NCBI RefSeq assembly: GCF_009914755.1
Contig: NC_060928.1
DNA: 64,000 nucleotides
Source of the DNA: the human T2T-CHM13v2.0 reference genome, Homo sapiens
Direction: 5' to 3' (one strand)
Under the pieces are notes generated by a model, which saw only the letters and a program-made list of their open reading frames with translations, was not told the origin of the DNA and did no database searches. A program made the translations under genes and the position numbers. Positions 44,118 to 57,756 of this stretch are shown piece after piece (the first letter of the stretch is position 1; each line of letters begins with the position of its first letter).

Positions 44118-46466
44118 TAGGCATGCTTCAGAGATACTGTGGGTTTGGTTCCAGACCACTAGAATAAAGCAAATATCACAATAAAGGAAGTCACACAAGT
44201 TTTTTTGTTGTTGTTTCCCAGTGCATATAAAGTTATGTTTATGCTATACTGTAGTCTAGTAAGTGTGCAATAGCATTACATCTAATAAAGAAAAAATGAT
44301 GTGCAAACAATTAAAAATACCTTATTGCCAAAAATGCTAACAATCATTGAAGCCTGCATTAAATCCCAACCTTTTTGCTGGTGGAGGGTCTTCCCTCAGT
44401 GTTTACAAATGCTGATTGGTCAGGATCGTAGTTGTTAAAGTTTTGGGTGACTGTAGCAATTTCTTAAGACAATAATGAAGTTTGCTGCATTAATTGACTT
44501 GCTTTTACAGAAAATTTTTCTGTATAATGAAATGCTGTTTGATAGCATTTTACCTACAGAACTTATTTTTAAATTGCAGTCAATCATCTCAAGTTCTGCT
44601 GCAGCCTTATCAAGTTAAGTTTATGGAAGATTCTAAATCCTTTGTTGTCATTTCAACAATGTTCACGACGTCTTCACCAGGAGTAGATTTCAACTCAGGA
44701 AACCACTTTCTTTGCTTATCTAGAAGTGACTCCTTATTATTTCAAGTTTTATTGTAAGATTGCTCTGATTCAGTCACACCTTAAGGTCAGCTTCTGAATC
44801 GGGTTCTCTTGCTATTTCCATCATATCTCCAATTACTTCCTCCAATGATGTCTTAAACCCCTCAAAGTCATCTATGAAGGTTGGAATCAACCTCTTCCAA
44901 AATGCTGCTATTTTTGATAATTTGACGTCCTTCCATGAATCATGAATGTTCTTAATGGCATCTAAAATGGTAAATCCTTCCCAGATGGTTTTCAATTTAC
45001 TCTGTCCAGATCCGTCAGAGAAATCACTATCTATGGCAGCTGTAGACTTACAAAATTTATTTCTTAATTAGTAAGACTTGAAATAAATCCTTGATCCATG
45101 GGCTGCAGAATGGATGTTGTGTTACAAGGCATAAAAGCAACATTAATCTCCCTGCATATCTCCATCAAAGTTTTGAGGGGCATTATCACTGAACACTAGT
45201 ATTTTGAGAAAAATCCTTTTTTTTTCCTGAGCAGCAGGTCTCAATGGTGGGCTTAAATTATTCAGTAAACCGTGCCATAAACATATGTGCTGTCATCCAG
45301 GCTTTGTTCATTTATTTATGGAGAACAGACAGAGTAGATTTAGGATAATGCATAAGTGCCCTGGGATTTTTGAAAGGATAAATGAACATTGACTTCAGCT
45401 TAAGATAACCAGCTACATTGACCCCTAAAAAAGAGCCAGCCTGTCCTTTGAAGCTTTGAAGCCAGGCATTGACTCCTCTTCTCTAGCCATAGTAGTCCTA
45501 GATGACATCTTACTGCAATATAAGGCAATTTCATCTACATGGGAAATATGCTTGTTTTTTGTTTTTGTTTTTCAGTGTAGCCACCTTTAACAATTATCTT
45601 AGGTAGATCCTCTGAATAACTTACTGCAGCTTCTCTCTCAGTACTTGCTGCTTTACTTCACAATCTTATGTTAAGGAGATGGTTCTTTCCTTAAACCTCA
45701 TGAAGCAATCCCTGCTACCTTCCAGCTTTCCTTCTGCAGCTTCCTCACTGCTGACAGTCTTCACAGAATTAAGAATTAGGGCCTTACTGATTAGGCTTTT
45801 GCTTAAGGGAATGTTGTGGCAGGTTTATTCTTCTATCCAGACCACTCAACTTTTTCCATATTGGCAATAGAGCTGTTTTGCTTTCTTATCATCTGTGTAT
45901 TCACTTAGCTAACTGTTTGGTACAAGAGGCCTAGACTTCAGCCTATTTCAGCTTCAACATGCCTTCCTCAGTAAGCTTAATCATTTCTAACTTTTGATTT
46001 AAAGTGAGATACATGCTACTCTTCCTTTAACCCGTACACTTAGAGGCTACTATGGGGTTCTTAATTGACCTAGTTACAATATTCTGTGTCTCAGGGAATA
46101 GGGATGCCGGAGGAGAGGCAGAGTAATGGGGGAATGGCTGGTACTTGGGGTAGGCAGAGCACACACAACAGTTAGCAGTTGAGTTTGCTCTCTTATATGG
46201 GCATGATTCGTGTTGCCCAAAACAATCACAATAGCAACATCAAAGTTCACTGATCATAGATCAGTATAATAGATATAAAGTAAATGAAAAATTGGAACTA
46301 CTATGAGAATTACCAAAATGTGACACAGAGACACAAAGCACATAGTGTTGGAAAATGGTGCCCCATAAACTTACTGAATGCAGAGTTGACACAAACTCTC
46401 AATTTGTAAAAAAATACAATATATGCAAAACGCAACAGAGCAAAGTGCATCAAAATGAGTCTTATT
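44118..46466 (-). mobile_element. Near full-length Tigger1 (TcMar/pogo) DNA transposon with decayed transposase
   Basis: End TAGGCATGCTTCAGAGATAC...GGTTCCAGACCAC; ORF 44774..44995 (GFTILDAIKNIHDSW...DDFEGFKTS) is Tigger1 transposase; other end AAAATGTGACACAGAGACAC...CAAAATGAG. Confidence 0.9.
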
Positions 46467-46719
46467 ACTTTATTTCTATCTTGTTAAAATTGCTGGAAAT
46501 AAATTATGCCCTGCCCCATTATCCTGCTTGTTTAATTACCCATTAATTTGTTAGTCTTGGCTTCATACATAAAAAAGTTTGAGGCACCAGTGGCTGATAC
46601 AATATATACTTTTTGATCATGAAAAATAAGTTCACTAACTTCTCAAAGTCACAAAATTTCAAGATCCTTACAGCATTAAGCTCTAAATTTTCAAGTGTGA
46701 AGTCTTCTTTCTTCTTCAG

Positions 46720-46991
46720 GGTCCAAGATGATGGACATAGCACAAATGACTATATCCATGTTTTGGTCCAGAGAAGAAAGGAAAAAACAGTTAAAAGACA
46801 TTTTCCAGAGTGTGTAAACATCATTTCCATTTATGTCTCTGGGTGGACCTTTGTCACTTGACCACACAGACTTTCAAGGGAGGCTAGAAAGAGTTATAGT
46901 TATTAAACTGGGCATACAGCCACCACATATTTGAGATTCAGATTTTAAGGGTGAAGTGAGAGTGGGATAGATAGCTGCAGCCCTTGCCACA
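46720..46991 (-). mobile_element. MLT1J/K-like LTR fragment
   Basis: GTCACTTGACCACAC...CAAGGGAGGCTAGAAA...CTTGCCACA. Confidence 0.6.
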
Positions 46992-47019
46992 CCCACCAAA
47001 CAGGATTCCTCACATCCAT

Positions 47020-47493
47020 GTCTTCTGTTTATCTATTTCTGCATAACAAACCACCCTAAAACTACGGATTAAAGCAATTATCCTTTATAATCCAGATATG
47101 TGGTTCAAAAACTCGAGTAGGACTCAGCTGACTGATTCTTCTGCTCTAAGTGACTGTGGTCACTGGGTGATATTCAGCTGGCAGCTGGGCTAATCTGCAC
47201 AGTCCAGAAAAGGCTGTATTTCCATGTCTGACATGTTCATGAGCATGATTTAAAGGTTGTGCTGAGTTGGTCCATTCTTCCTCTCTATGTATTCTCATGG
47301 TTTCTGTACATTATCTCCTCAGTGGTTAGTTACTTTCTTATATGTTTGCTTAAACTTCAAGAGAGAGTATTCTATGAGAAAGGAAATGAAAGCCACCAGG
47401 ATCTGAAATTGGCCTGGCATCTCTTCAGATGCAACAGAGAGGATATAGATAAAAGAAGCATCAAAAGAATGAGTGGCCATCTTAAATCTGCCA
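47020..47493 (-). mobile_element. MLT1G/H-like LTR
   Basis: TCTATTTCTGCATAACAAACCACCCTAAAACT...TTCAGCTGGCAGCTGGGCT...GGCCATCTTAAATCTGCCAC. Confidence 0.7.
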
Positions 47494-48269
47494 CTCCAGA
47501 TAAACATTTCAGGATTATTTTACTTACTCTTATAAAATCTGAATCTCTCGGGAAACAAACAAAATTAGGCTTAAGAAATAGCCCAAAGAGTTTTCCTACA
47601 CTTATAAAGAACTTTATAAGTACTTACTTGTAAAGAACTAAGTTATGGTCATAACTTCACTGTAGGATTTTTTATCATTTACATTTTTCTGTTTTGGCAA
47701 TAATTAATAACTGTTATAACTATTTATAATGTTTTCCTCAGTAATAGCTTGGTATCTTCAGTTTAAGTTAGTCTTCTTGAAAAATCCTAGTGGTACAGCT
47801 TTCATAATTCAGTTCAAATATCATGCAACTGGATATTTGGGGTATGTGTGTGTGTTCACGTGGGTGTGTTTTCTATTTTAGAAAGAGATTAAAGGAACAG
47901 GTAAGTGTTATCATGTTGGTTTCTTATTTATTTAAAAATGGATATTTTCTTTTCTCTGGGATGAAAATAAAATTTTAAACATCAAATGTGGTGTTAGATG
48001 CAGAAAAAAAAAACCTTAAAGTAAACATAGAAAGTTCACCAAGTGTCATCTGAGACCATTATAACTCCACAGACACTTCATAATCTTCTTTAGTTAAACA
48101 TACACCAAAAGAGCTCATTCTTTGCTGGCTGCACATCTATTTACTTTGTAAGTAATAAAATAAGAATGGGCCCTTTCTGAAATTTATTTGGAGAGTCTGA
48201 ATTTATTTTTAAACCTTCTAATTCTGAGGATCATGTGGGCTTATAAATGTGGTCTCTTCATTATTCTAG

Positions 48270-49050
48270 TTTTTTAAAAGAATTTATTTTGAAATAATTT
48301 TAAACTTACAAAAAGGTTAAAAAATATTTAAAATAACTTCCACAAATTCATTATCCTGCTTCACCAAATGTTAATAGCTTTTAAACCATAGTACAATTAT
48401 CAAGACTCAGGAAATTAACAGTGATAAGGTATTAACTAATCTACATACCTTATTCAAATTTTATCATTTATCTCACTGATGTCCTTTTTGTGGTCAAGAT
48501 TTAGTCCAAGGTTGCACATTGTTGCTAGTTATCAGGTCTCTTTAGTATTTTCCAAACCTGTGATAGCATCATAGTCTTCTTGACCTTAACACTTTGGAAG
48601 AATATTTGCCAGTAATTCTGTGTACAGTTCCTCAATTTGGAATTGTCTGATATTTCTTCATGTTTAACTTGTACCTTTGTGTATAATCATAAGTGATGCT
48701 GTGTTCTTCTGAGTGCATCATATTAGGAGGTATATGATATTTATATGTCTCACTACTGATACATGTCAACTGAAAACTTTAGTAAAGTAATAGATGCCAG
48801 GATTCTACACTATGGAGTTACAGGGTTTTTTTTCTTTCTATAATTAAACTATTTTATGGTGAGATTCTTTGCTATTATGGAAATGTTCTATTTTTCATTA
48901 TACTTTGGCAACACAATTTTGGCATTATTGATGGTTCTTTCCAGAAAAAATTATTACTGAGCTATAGTCCAAAAAATTATTTTCTATTCCCATCATTCTT
49001 TCTACATGTACTAATTGGAAATGCTACTAATAAATAAAGCATTTCTGGGT
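48270..49050 (-). mobile_element. L1MC4/5-like 3' end
   Basis: TTATTTTGAAATAATTTTAAACTTACA...CCATAGTACAATTATCAAG...CTCAATTTGGAATTGTCTGAT. Confidence 0.75.
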
Positions 49051-49063
49051 TTTATTTTCCATT

Positions 49064-51880
49064 TGTATTAGTCTGTTCACACACTGCTATAATGAGGTAG
49101 TTACCTGAGACTGGGTAATTTATGAAGAAAGGTTTACTTAACTCACAGTTCCATGGGCTTAACAGGAAGTATGGCTGGGTGGCCTCAGGAAACTTACAAT
49201 CATGGCAGAAGGCAAAGAGGAAGCAAGCACGTCTTACCATAATGGAGCAGGAGAGAGAAAGAGTGAGGGGGAAAGTGCCACAACTTTTAAATCATCAGAT
49301 TTTGTAGGAACTCACTATCATGAGAAGAGCATGGGAGAAATCCACCCCTATGACTCAATTACCTCCCACTAGATCACTCCCCCAACATTGGATATTACAG
49401 TTCAATATGAAATTTGGGTGAGGACACACAGAGAAACTATATCATTCTGCCCCTGGCCCCTCCCAAGTCTCATGTCCTTCTGACATTTCAAAACACAATC
49501 ATGCCTTTACAACAGTCCCCCAAAGTCTTAACTCATTTTACCATTAAACCAAAAGTCCATGTCCAAAGTCTCATCTGAGACAAGACAAGTGCTTTCTGCC
49601 TATGAGCCTGTAAAATTAAAAACAAGTTAGTTATTCTCAAGATACAATGGAGGTACAGGCATTGGGTAAGTGCTCCCATTTCAAATGGGATAAATTGGCC
49701 AAAATGAAGGGGCTACAGGCCCCATGCAAGTCTGAAACCCAGCAGGGCAGTCATTAAATCTTAAAGCTTCAAAATAATCTCCTTTGACTCCATGTCTCAC
49801 ATCCAGGGCCTTCTGATGCAAGAGGTGGACTCCCAAGGCCTTGAGCAGCTCCACTTCTGTGGCTTTGCAGGGTACAGCCACCACAGCTGCTTTCATTGAT
49901 TGGCGTTGAGTGCCTGCAGCTTTTCCAGGTGCACGGTGCAAGCTGTTGGTGGCTCTAGAATTCTGGGGTCTGGAGGACAGTGGTCCTCTTCTCACAACTC
50001 CACTAGGCAGTGCCCCAGTGGGAGCTCTTTGTGGGGGCTCCAACTTCACATTTCCCCTCTGAACTGCCCCAGTAGAGGTTCTCTATGAGAGCTCTGCCCC
50101 TGCAGCAGACTTCTGCTTGGACATCCAGGCATTTCCATATATCCTCTGAACTCTGGGCAAAGTTTCCAAACCATGATTCTTGTCTTCTGTGCACCTGCAG
50201 GCCCAACACCACACGCAACCCACCAAGGCTTAGGGCTGGCACCCTGTGAAGCCACGGCCCAAGCTATACCGTGGCCCCTTTTAGCCATGGCTGGAGCTGG
50301 AGCAGCTGGGATGCAGGGCACCATGTCCAGAGGCTGCAGAGAGCATTTGAGCACTGGGCCTGGCCCACAAAACCATTTTTCCCTTCTCGACTTCTGGACC
50401 TGTTATGAAAGGGGCTTCCATGAAGGTCTCTGAAATGCCCTGGAGACATTTTCTCCATTTTCTTGGCTATTAAAATTATGCTCCTTTTTACTTATGCAAA
50501 TTCCTGCAGCAGTCTTGAATTTCTCTCCAGAAAATGGGTTTTTCTTTTCTACAACATAGCCAGGCTACATATTTTTTAAACTTTTGTGCTGTTTTTCTTT
50601 TAAATATAAGTTCCAGTTTCAAATAATTTCTTTATTCATGCATATGAGTGTACAATTTTTAAAATAGCTAGGTTACTTCTTGAATGCTTTGCTACTTAGA
50701 AATTTTTTCAGCCAGATACCCTAAATAATCTCTCTCAAGTTCAAAGTCCACAAATCTCCAGGGCAGGGACAAAATGCCATCAATTTCTTTTCTAAAGCAC
50801 GGCAAGAGTGATCTTTTCTCCAGTTCCCAATAAATTCCTCTTCTCCATCTGAGACCACGTCAGCCTGGACTTCAGTGTCCATATCACTATCAGCATTTTG
50901 GTCAAAACCATTCAACAAGTCTCTAGGAAGTTCCAAACTTTCCCACATCTCCCATTCTTCTTCTGAGCCTTCCAAACTGTCCCAACCTCTGTCTGTTCTC
51001 CAGTTCCAAAGTTGCTTTCATATTTTCAGGTATCTTTATGGCAATGACCCCACTCTCCTGGTAACAATTTTCTGTATTATTTCATTTGCACAGTGCTATA
51101 ATGAACTACTTGAGACTGGGTGATTTATGAAGAAAAGAGTTTTGATTGACTCACAGTTCCACAGGCTTAAAAGGATACATGTCTGGGGTCCACAGAAAAC
51201 TTACAGCTGATAGAGGCAGAAGGCCAACAAAGGACTAGGCAGATAGGAAAGATTCCCTGGAGAATCTCTGACACCCCATAAATGTTTATGTCAGATATTT
51301 TGTGCAGATAAGGGAACCTATATACGGGGCATGGCTGGACTTGCACAGGAGACCCACGTGCATTGGGGTAATGGGGTGGAGCCACCAGGAATTCATGACT
51401 TATGCAGGGGAGAAGCCTAGTCTCTTCAACTTGTGTGTGGTGCCCCTGGTATTCAATTTGTGAGGTGGAAAACTGCTTGCAGAACCCCCTCTCTTTGCTG
51501 AGACCTTTCCTTTCACTTAAATAAATTCCATCCTCCTCACCCTTCAGTGTGCCTGTGTGCCTAGTTCTTCCTGGTCATGAGACAAGAACCCAGATTAACT
51601 GAGATAAGGAAACAAAATTCTGCATCACAATCATGACAGAAGGCAAAGGGGAAGCAAGCACGTCTTACCGTGGTGGAGCAGGAGAGAGAGAGAGTGAGGG
51701 CAGAAGTGCCACAAACTTTTAAACCATTAGGTCTCATGAGAACTCACTCATGATCATGAGAGCAGCATTGGGGAAATTCACCCCTGTGATCCAGTCACCT
51801 CCCACCTGGTTCCTACCCCAACACTGGGAATTACAACTCAACATGAGATTTGAGTGGAGACAGAGAGCCAAACCATATCA
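49064..51880 (-). mobile_element. THE1D (ERVL-MaLR) provirus: 3' LTR 49064-49444, internal region 49445-51072, 5' LTR 51073-51880
   Basis: Both LTRs TGTATTA...ATATCA with GGCTTAACAGGAAG / GAAGCAAGCACGTCTTACC; internal ORF remnants (WESLELPRDLLNGFDQNADSDMD); TSD CCATT/CCAGT. Confidence 0.9.
51208..51627 (+). mobile_element. Solo ERV1 LTR (MER83-like) nested in the THE1D 5' LTR
   Basis: TGATAGAGGCAG...TGGGGTGGAGCCACCAGG...AATAAATTCC...CTGCATCA interrupts THE1D CTTACAATCATG; 4-bp flanks CAGC/CAAT. Confidence 0.8.
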
Positions 51881-53422
51881 CCAGTCTACTGTGGCTTCGC
51901 AATAGCAATTATTAACATCACTTTTAAGTTAATCCTGAGTTTTAGATGTTGTTTGCCATTCAACTTTGGTGTAGCTATTGTTAGCATTACTATGATTTAT
52001 TTGTTATTAAGGCCACTTTGTGGGAAAGTATGAAGGATATTTCTCCTTTTCCCTACCTGTCTTCCTCCTTCTCCTCTGAAGGTTTTTGTTTAACAATATT
52101 TTCACTTTATTTTCCCCCTTATTTCCCTCCTTCATCATTTTGAGACCTCGTCCTGAAGCTATTGATATAAAGGGCTTTGGATGTGATTTCATTTAAAGAA
52201 GTGTAAACGAATTAGCAGAAATGGAAACATAATACTTTATTTTGCTTTAATTTCCCAAGCCAGAAAATTAACACTTTAGAAATGTGAGAAAAGTCGGCTT
52301 GATATGGTAAGAACTCTCAACCATACAGTTCTCTTTGCTACCTACAGCCCCTAGAAAGAGAGATTGGATACAAACGTCAAAGAAATCAAGGGATTGGTAG
52401 GAAAGAAATTAAATAAACAAGTCTGAACAAAAAGTAACTGTTCCCTAAAGGGTTTTTAAAAGAGAATAATTTTAACTGGATCTTGAAAGAAGTGTCTGAC
52501 ATTTTTTGAACAAAAGAAGTAGCAGGCCTTTGGCTACAGAACTGAATGTTCTGAGGAGACTGGGCTGTGTCACTTTGGAATTCCACAAGGCAGTGCAAAG
52601 TGAGGCTGGGGTCATAAAGATGAATGGCTAGATGATTACTGAGGATCAAAGGAGAGGAACAGTTGAAGAACGATTTCAATTAAAAAATTAAAAAGACTTG
52701 TAAATTAAGTTTATTATAGTCTGATGAAGAGTTAAGGATATGTATTACGTAATAGCATTGCAAGAGTCAAGGCTCATCTTGAGGGAGAAAATGAAACATT
52801 TTTAAAAGTAATCATCCTGTGCTATCATTTTACTGTGGATTGATGACAGGAAAAAGTTATTTTGTAATCTTTCTGACAAAGTTAAATAGCCAAATAAACT
52901 GAGTCAACACTAACCCTTGGCCCAATCCTTAACTTTTACATACCCCTAGTCTTTCATCTGCACAGTCTAAACAGCAAAGGACTTGCACATTAACTAGCCC
53001 ATGTCTGCATGTGCTTCAGGCTCACAAGATAAAGCTTCATTTCAATCCTTGATATGGTGACACATGGGATGTCACCTGTTTCTCAACTACCCTTGAGCCA
53101 GTACAGATCTTAGTGGGTCAGTTCTGTTCCATCCTGTGAAAGAAAACAGCAAGCATTAGAAGGAAGAAAAGGAAGCTTTGTATCATGCTCTTAAGCCATT
53201 GCGCATTCTAAATCAAGTTTCCAGAACACTTTGTCTTACCTCTAAATATTTCATCATGGACTAGTTTAGCAGTAATTTTCACAGTGTTCCTCTTTGAATA
53301 TGTTGAGATGTCTTATCCAGAGAGTACAGTATTGTGATTAAGAGAATACTAATAAGCTCTGAGCAAACCAATTTACATCCCTAAAAAGATGCAGGTTTCT
53401 GACTTTGATCATCAAACCTAAC

Positions 53423-53825
53423 AATAGATAACATTTGTAAAGTGCTCACTTTGTGCAGTCATGCTTTCTGAACTCTTTTATTATGTGTGTAAATGTTCTC
53501 ATGATTTTTGTTTTTTTTTTTTAGCTTTATTTGTTTTTTTGTTTGTTCGTTTGTTTGTTTTTTGAGATGGAGTCTTGTTATGTTGCCCAGGCTGGTCTTG
53601 AACTCCTAGTCTCAAGAGATCCTCCCACCTCAGCCTCCTGAGTTGCTAGGACTACTGGTGTGTGCCTCCACACCCAGCCTCTTGTATTCATGTTTTAAAA
53701 CCCCATGGCATAGGTGTAGTTGTTATTCAATTTTCTTGGAAGGTAAAAGTGAACTGCAAATGTTAAGCAACCTACTCTAAGTCACAGAGTTATTAAGTGA
53801 GATGCAGGATGTGGATCCAGTACCA
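53423..53825 (-). mobile_element. MIR interrupted by a FLAM
   Basis: AACATTTGTAAAGTGCTCACTTTGTGC ... GTTAAGCAACCTACTCTAAGTCACAGAG. Confidence 0.6.
53505..53678 (-). mobile_element. FLAM (free left Alu monomer) with (TTTG)n tail
   Basis: GAGATGGAGTCTTGTTATGTTGCCCAGGCTGGTCTTGAACTCC...CACACCCAGC. Confidence 0.85.
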
Positions 53826-54431
53826 CATAGATGACCATTAACCCAGTTAGATTACTGCCAATGTCCTTTTGATATTCTTGTTTTATTTATAAAGTAGACA
53901 CTTTTCTCTACCATTTATGAACCTTATTTATGAGATAAAAATGCATGCATTCAATTATGTCAGTTTCCTTAAAAACTCTCCTTTTCTACTTGTTCAAATT
54001 GGTATTCATAGTAAAGTACTTCTCTAAAATCCAGTCTAACATTGTTTTTGAATACAAAAATAAAAATACTATTTGTTATGTAGCCCAAGCAAATCTGGGA
54101 AGGGCCTGGGGCTGAGGGGAGTGAGATGCAGGAGGGGCTGAGGATGCACCATCCACAGAGCAGCTTAGTGGTGGAATGAGACTCGATACTAGCAGGAGGT
54201 GTGGACAATGAGGAGGAGCTGGACTGATAAATTACTCTATTTGCAACATTGTGTTTTCTTCACTCTTCACTGATGACTCATTCTGCAGTAGTGTATTATT
54301 TTAAAACACTTTTCTTCAAATTAAATAGTTTCTATATGCTCAAAGGGGAAAAAAGGCATGTAAAATCACACACAAAATGTATTTCAATCATAATGTCATC
54401 ACATAGAGCTAAACTCTGTTCATAGTTTTGC

Positions 54432-54950
54432 CAACAGGCAATAAAAAGGTTGCTATTCTGACTGGTGTGGAACTCAGGGGATTTTCAGGACACTTAATAA
54501 TACTTGCAAATCCAGTGGTAAAAATTAATGGTAAAATATAGAAAGCCAAAAAAGCAAGACCAATACTGATGCAGCACTTGAGGATTGAAAGTTTAGGCCA
54601 CCTAACAAAGTAAGAAAGTTGAGATCATTTCTCAAGCTAAGACGCTGCCTGAAGCTAAAGAGTGGGTAGTGGAAGACAGATGTTATAAATTCGGACTATA
54701 AGCTTGTGCTCAGTTGCAGAAATCAGAACTAAGGAAGATACATGCTTTCACTCTTTGCTTTTACATGTATTTATTTTTTATCTATTTACTTTTTCCCCTT
54801 TCCTTGCTATTCTTACACTCTTTAATACAAGATATGTGATTAGTATTAATCTTAATAATTCAATATTTTAAGTTCAGCATATTAAAGGGAGATTGTCACT
54901 GAAAAAGAAATAAAATATCATTATGCAAAGTTAGAAAAGCAATGCATGGG
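54432..54950 (+). mobile_element. ERVL internal 3'-region fossil
   Basis: CAACAGGCAATAAAAAGGTTGCTATTCTGACTGG...AATTAATGGTAAAAT...TGGGTAGTGGAAGA...CAGTTGCAGAAA. Confidence 0.6.
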
Positions 54951-55049
54951 ACTGTCTATAACTTGAAAAATTTAATAGACCTGTAATTAAGTCATACATT
55001 GCAGAGAATTGTGAGTGTGGTTATTGAGGCACATAGAAATGACTGGATT

Positions 55050-55969
55050 CACATAGATAAAAACTCAGCTAAGTTTTTGAGATGGTATCACCGTCAAAAG
55101 AATCACTTGTCTGTGAAAGCTGTCCAAGACTTAAAGTGGACTGTGGGATTCCCCCTTCCGCAGGAGACTAATAGCCTTCAGAAGGTGAAATGAAGAGCAT
55201 AGAGAACTATGGATTTAGGAGCTGTTTTCAGGGAGCAGAAATGGAGCTTAATTAAAAAACATTACCCACCTTAAGGCAGGGTTGTATTATCTTACCAGTG
55301 GGATCACAGAAGTGCTGTGTACTAGGCATGGCCCTGTGCCTTCATTGTTCCCTTTTCTGAAAAGGAGTGTTAATTGTGGTTTTCTGGATTTGTTCAACCC
55401 TTGTTTTTGTTGGTGTGGCAGTAAGCAGATAATTTCTCTTTATAGTTCATGGATCTACAGATAAAAAGATCCACTCAGAGAAAATGTTGAGATTATCACA
55501 GTATTCTGGAACTGGGACTTTTGAGTTAACACCATTGGAAAGGGAGTGAGTATGTTTTATGTGCATAGAAAGAAATGTAATTTTTTATTTAAAATCAAGA
55601 GAGCCACTGTGGTAGATCATAATATTGTCAAAGTATCTCCTCTCCTAGTGAGTCCATCCTTACAGAATGTCAGTCTTGAGCAAAGAGTTGTTTTGGGGCA
55701 AAAAAGATCAGGAATGATGTGTGCTATTTCAGAGAAGTTTTGTACAATATCAAGTGGTTCTTCAATTGCTGTTTTTGTTGTGCTGCAGAAAACTGTCCTA
55801 CACAGTGGCTATTCCTTCAGCCTGGGTCCTATTGGAGAATATTGAAGTCAAGTGACAGACAGCATTGAGCCATTGTATAACAATTGTGACGAACTTATAT
55901 GTATGAATGCCACTGAGACTTTGAGATTATTTGTTACTATGGCATAACCTAGCAAGGGTAACTGATACA
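55050..55969 (+). mobile_element. MLT1 internal 3' part plus LTR (LTR 55608-55969)
   Basis: CCCTTTTCTGAAAAGGAGTGTTAATTGTGG...GGGAGTGAGTATGTTTTATGTG, then TGTGGTAGA...GCCACTGAGACTTTGAGATTATTTGTTAC...ACTGATACA. Confidence 0.65.
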
Positions 55970-57756
55970 CTGAAAAATTAGTGAGGGAGAATCAATTTCT
56001 ACCACTGCAGGAAATAAGGTTAGTATCAGAGGTGATACTCATCGAACTTGGAAAGCAGATATGTTATTTGTCCATTAATTCAATAAAAACTTATTGAAGA
56101 CACAACTGTACTTTGGAAACTGGGCTATTGATGTCCAGGAATTCAAGTGGCCAAGATTTTCTTATTGTGGAGTGTTGGAAATTAGTAATCTAGGACCAAA
56201 AGAAAAATAGCTTTATAGAATTTACTGCAAAAATTATTGCGTAATTTTTGTTAGCATGTACCAGTGTGAACCAAGTATAAAAGTATGCAAAGTATTCAAG
56301 AATGAGAATCAAGAATTTGTCACTAAATCTGGTAGTTATTTAGAGGTGATGTCCCAGATAATGTTTATAGATCAGCACAGGATCCAGGAAAAGAGATCTT
56401 TTCTTCCAAAGAAGAGGTTTCATGGATCATATGAAAACATATTAGTTTAGCAAGTCCCAAGGAAAGAGAGCCACTAACTTTGATGATTTTAGTAAATTGT
56501 TGGTTGACTGAGAATAAGCCCAATGTAATCTTTAATTCACCTAAAACTATGTAAAATCTTAAAAAATATATTCTGAGTATCTTTTCTTTCTTTCAAGAGT
56601 TATTTAACTACCCTTATGTTCTAATGGTGCAAAATAAACTAGAGTGAAGAACTCCTTGTATCCTTGGGTATTTCCCATACCACTTCTAAAGCAAATCAAT
56701 CATTAATCAGCAGCATAGACATTAAAGAAAGAGCAGAAGAATTGAAGCTGTAGTGATGCTTCTTCACGGAGCTAGAGATAGAGCATTCTACAGCAAAATA
56801 TAACAGGAAGCTCTTAGTGTGTGGGCTGTAGGACAGAAAACCTGGTGATTGTGTGGCTACAAGAATTACTTGAAAAAGAAAACCAGTTATTGAGAGGAGG
56901 ATACATAGACAGCAGATTTTTTTGCATTGCATTGCAACTTTGGAAATATAAAGAATAATTAAAAGTAGTCAAAATACTGCAAAATTAGTTCAAAATGTGA
57001 CCCAATATTATAATATAGTCATAATATTATCATTAGTTGGTAATGTTTATTGAACTATGATTTCTGAGGGAGAATTAAGTAGATAACACTCCTTTATATA
57101 GTAATAATTCACCCCTTCCTTTGCCAACTTAAGACTAATAAAGGTTGTTCATACCTTTTCCTAGATTAGACATCCAAATTGCTCTACATCTCTGGAATTA
57201 AAATGACAACGAAGGAAAATAAAGGCTATTTGATGTAATAAAACAGAGTACATTAAAGTGGCTGTGTCCATATTCAACACCTCTGGAATGTTCTGACACG
57301 AACTTTCTGGTGGAAGAGACAATAAGGAGAGAAGGTCCAAAAGTGATATAAGACACAGAACACGTATGGAAGTAGTCATGACAAGTGTCTTTTTTGTTTT
57401 TAATTCTTTACACATTTTAATAAAAGCCCTGTATCTTTCTACCTATGACAACCTCTAAGACCCTTTCCAGTGCAAAATCTGAAAATCTCTTAGTATTAAA
57501 CACTGAAATTCTTCTCAAATCTATTCTTTCCTTTTTAAATTCCAAATGCCACTGGTGCAGAATTGGCTCTGGCTTCATGGCTGGCCCATTGACGCTTAGC
57601 TCTAGATTCATGCTTTGGGACATTTTAAAAAATGTTTTAATGTGACTAATAGAAATTTAAACTCACTTATATGGACAAAATTACATATCTCTCAGAAAGC
57701 ACAGTTCTCTCTTGATTGTCCTGCTTGCTTAGTGCTTTCTCTAATTTATAGATTTG

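Noticed and set aside
49681-50975. Cluster of GC-richer ORFs of 60-122 aa
   Set aside because: Frameshifted pieces of the THE1D internal ORF and their antisense shadows.
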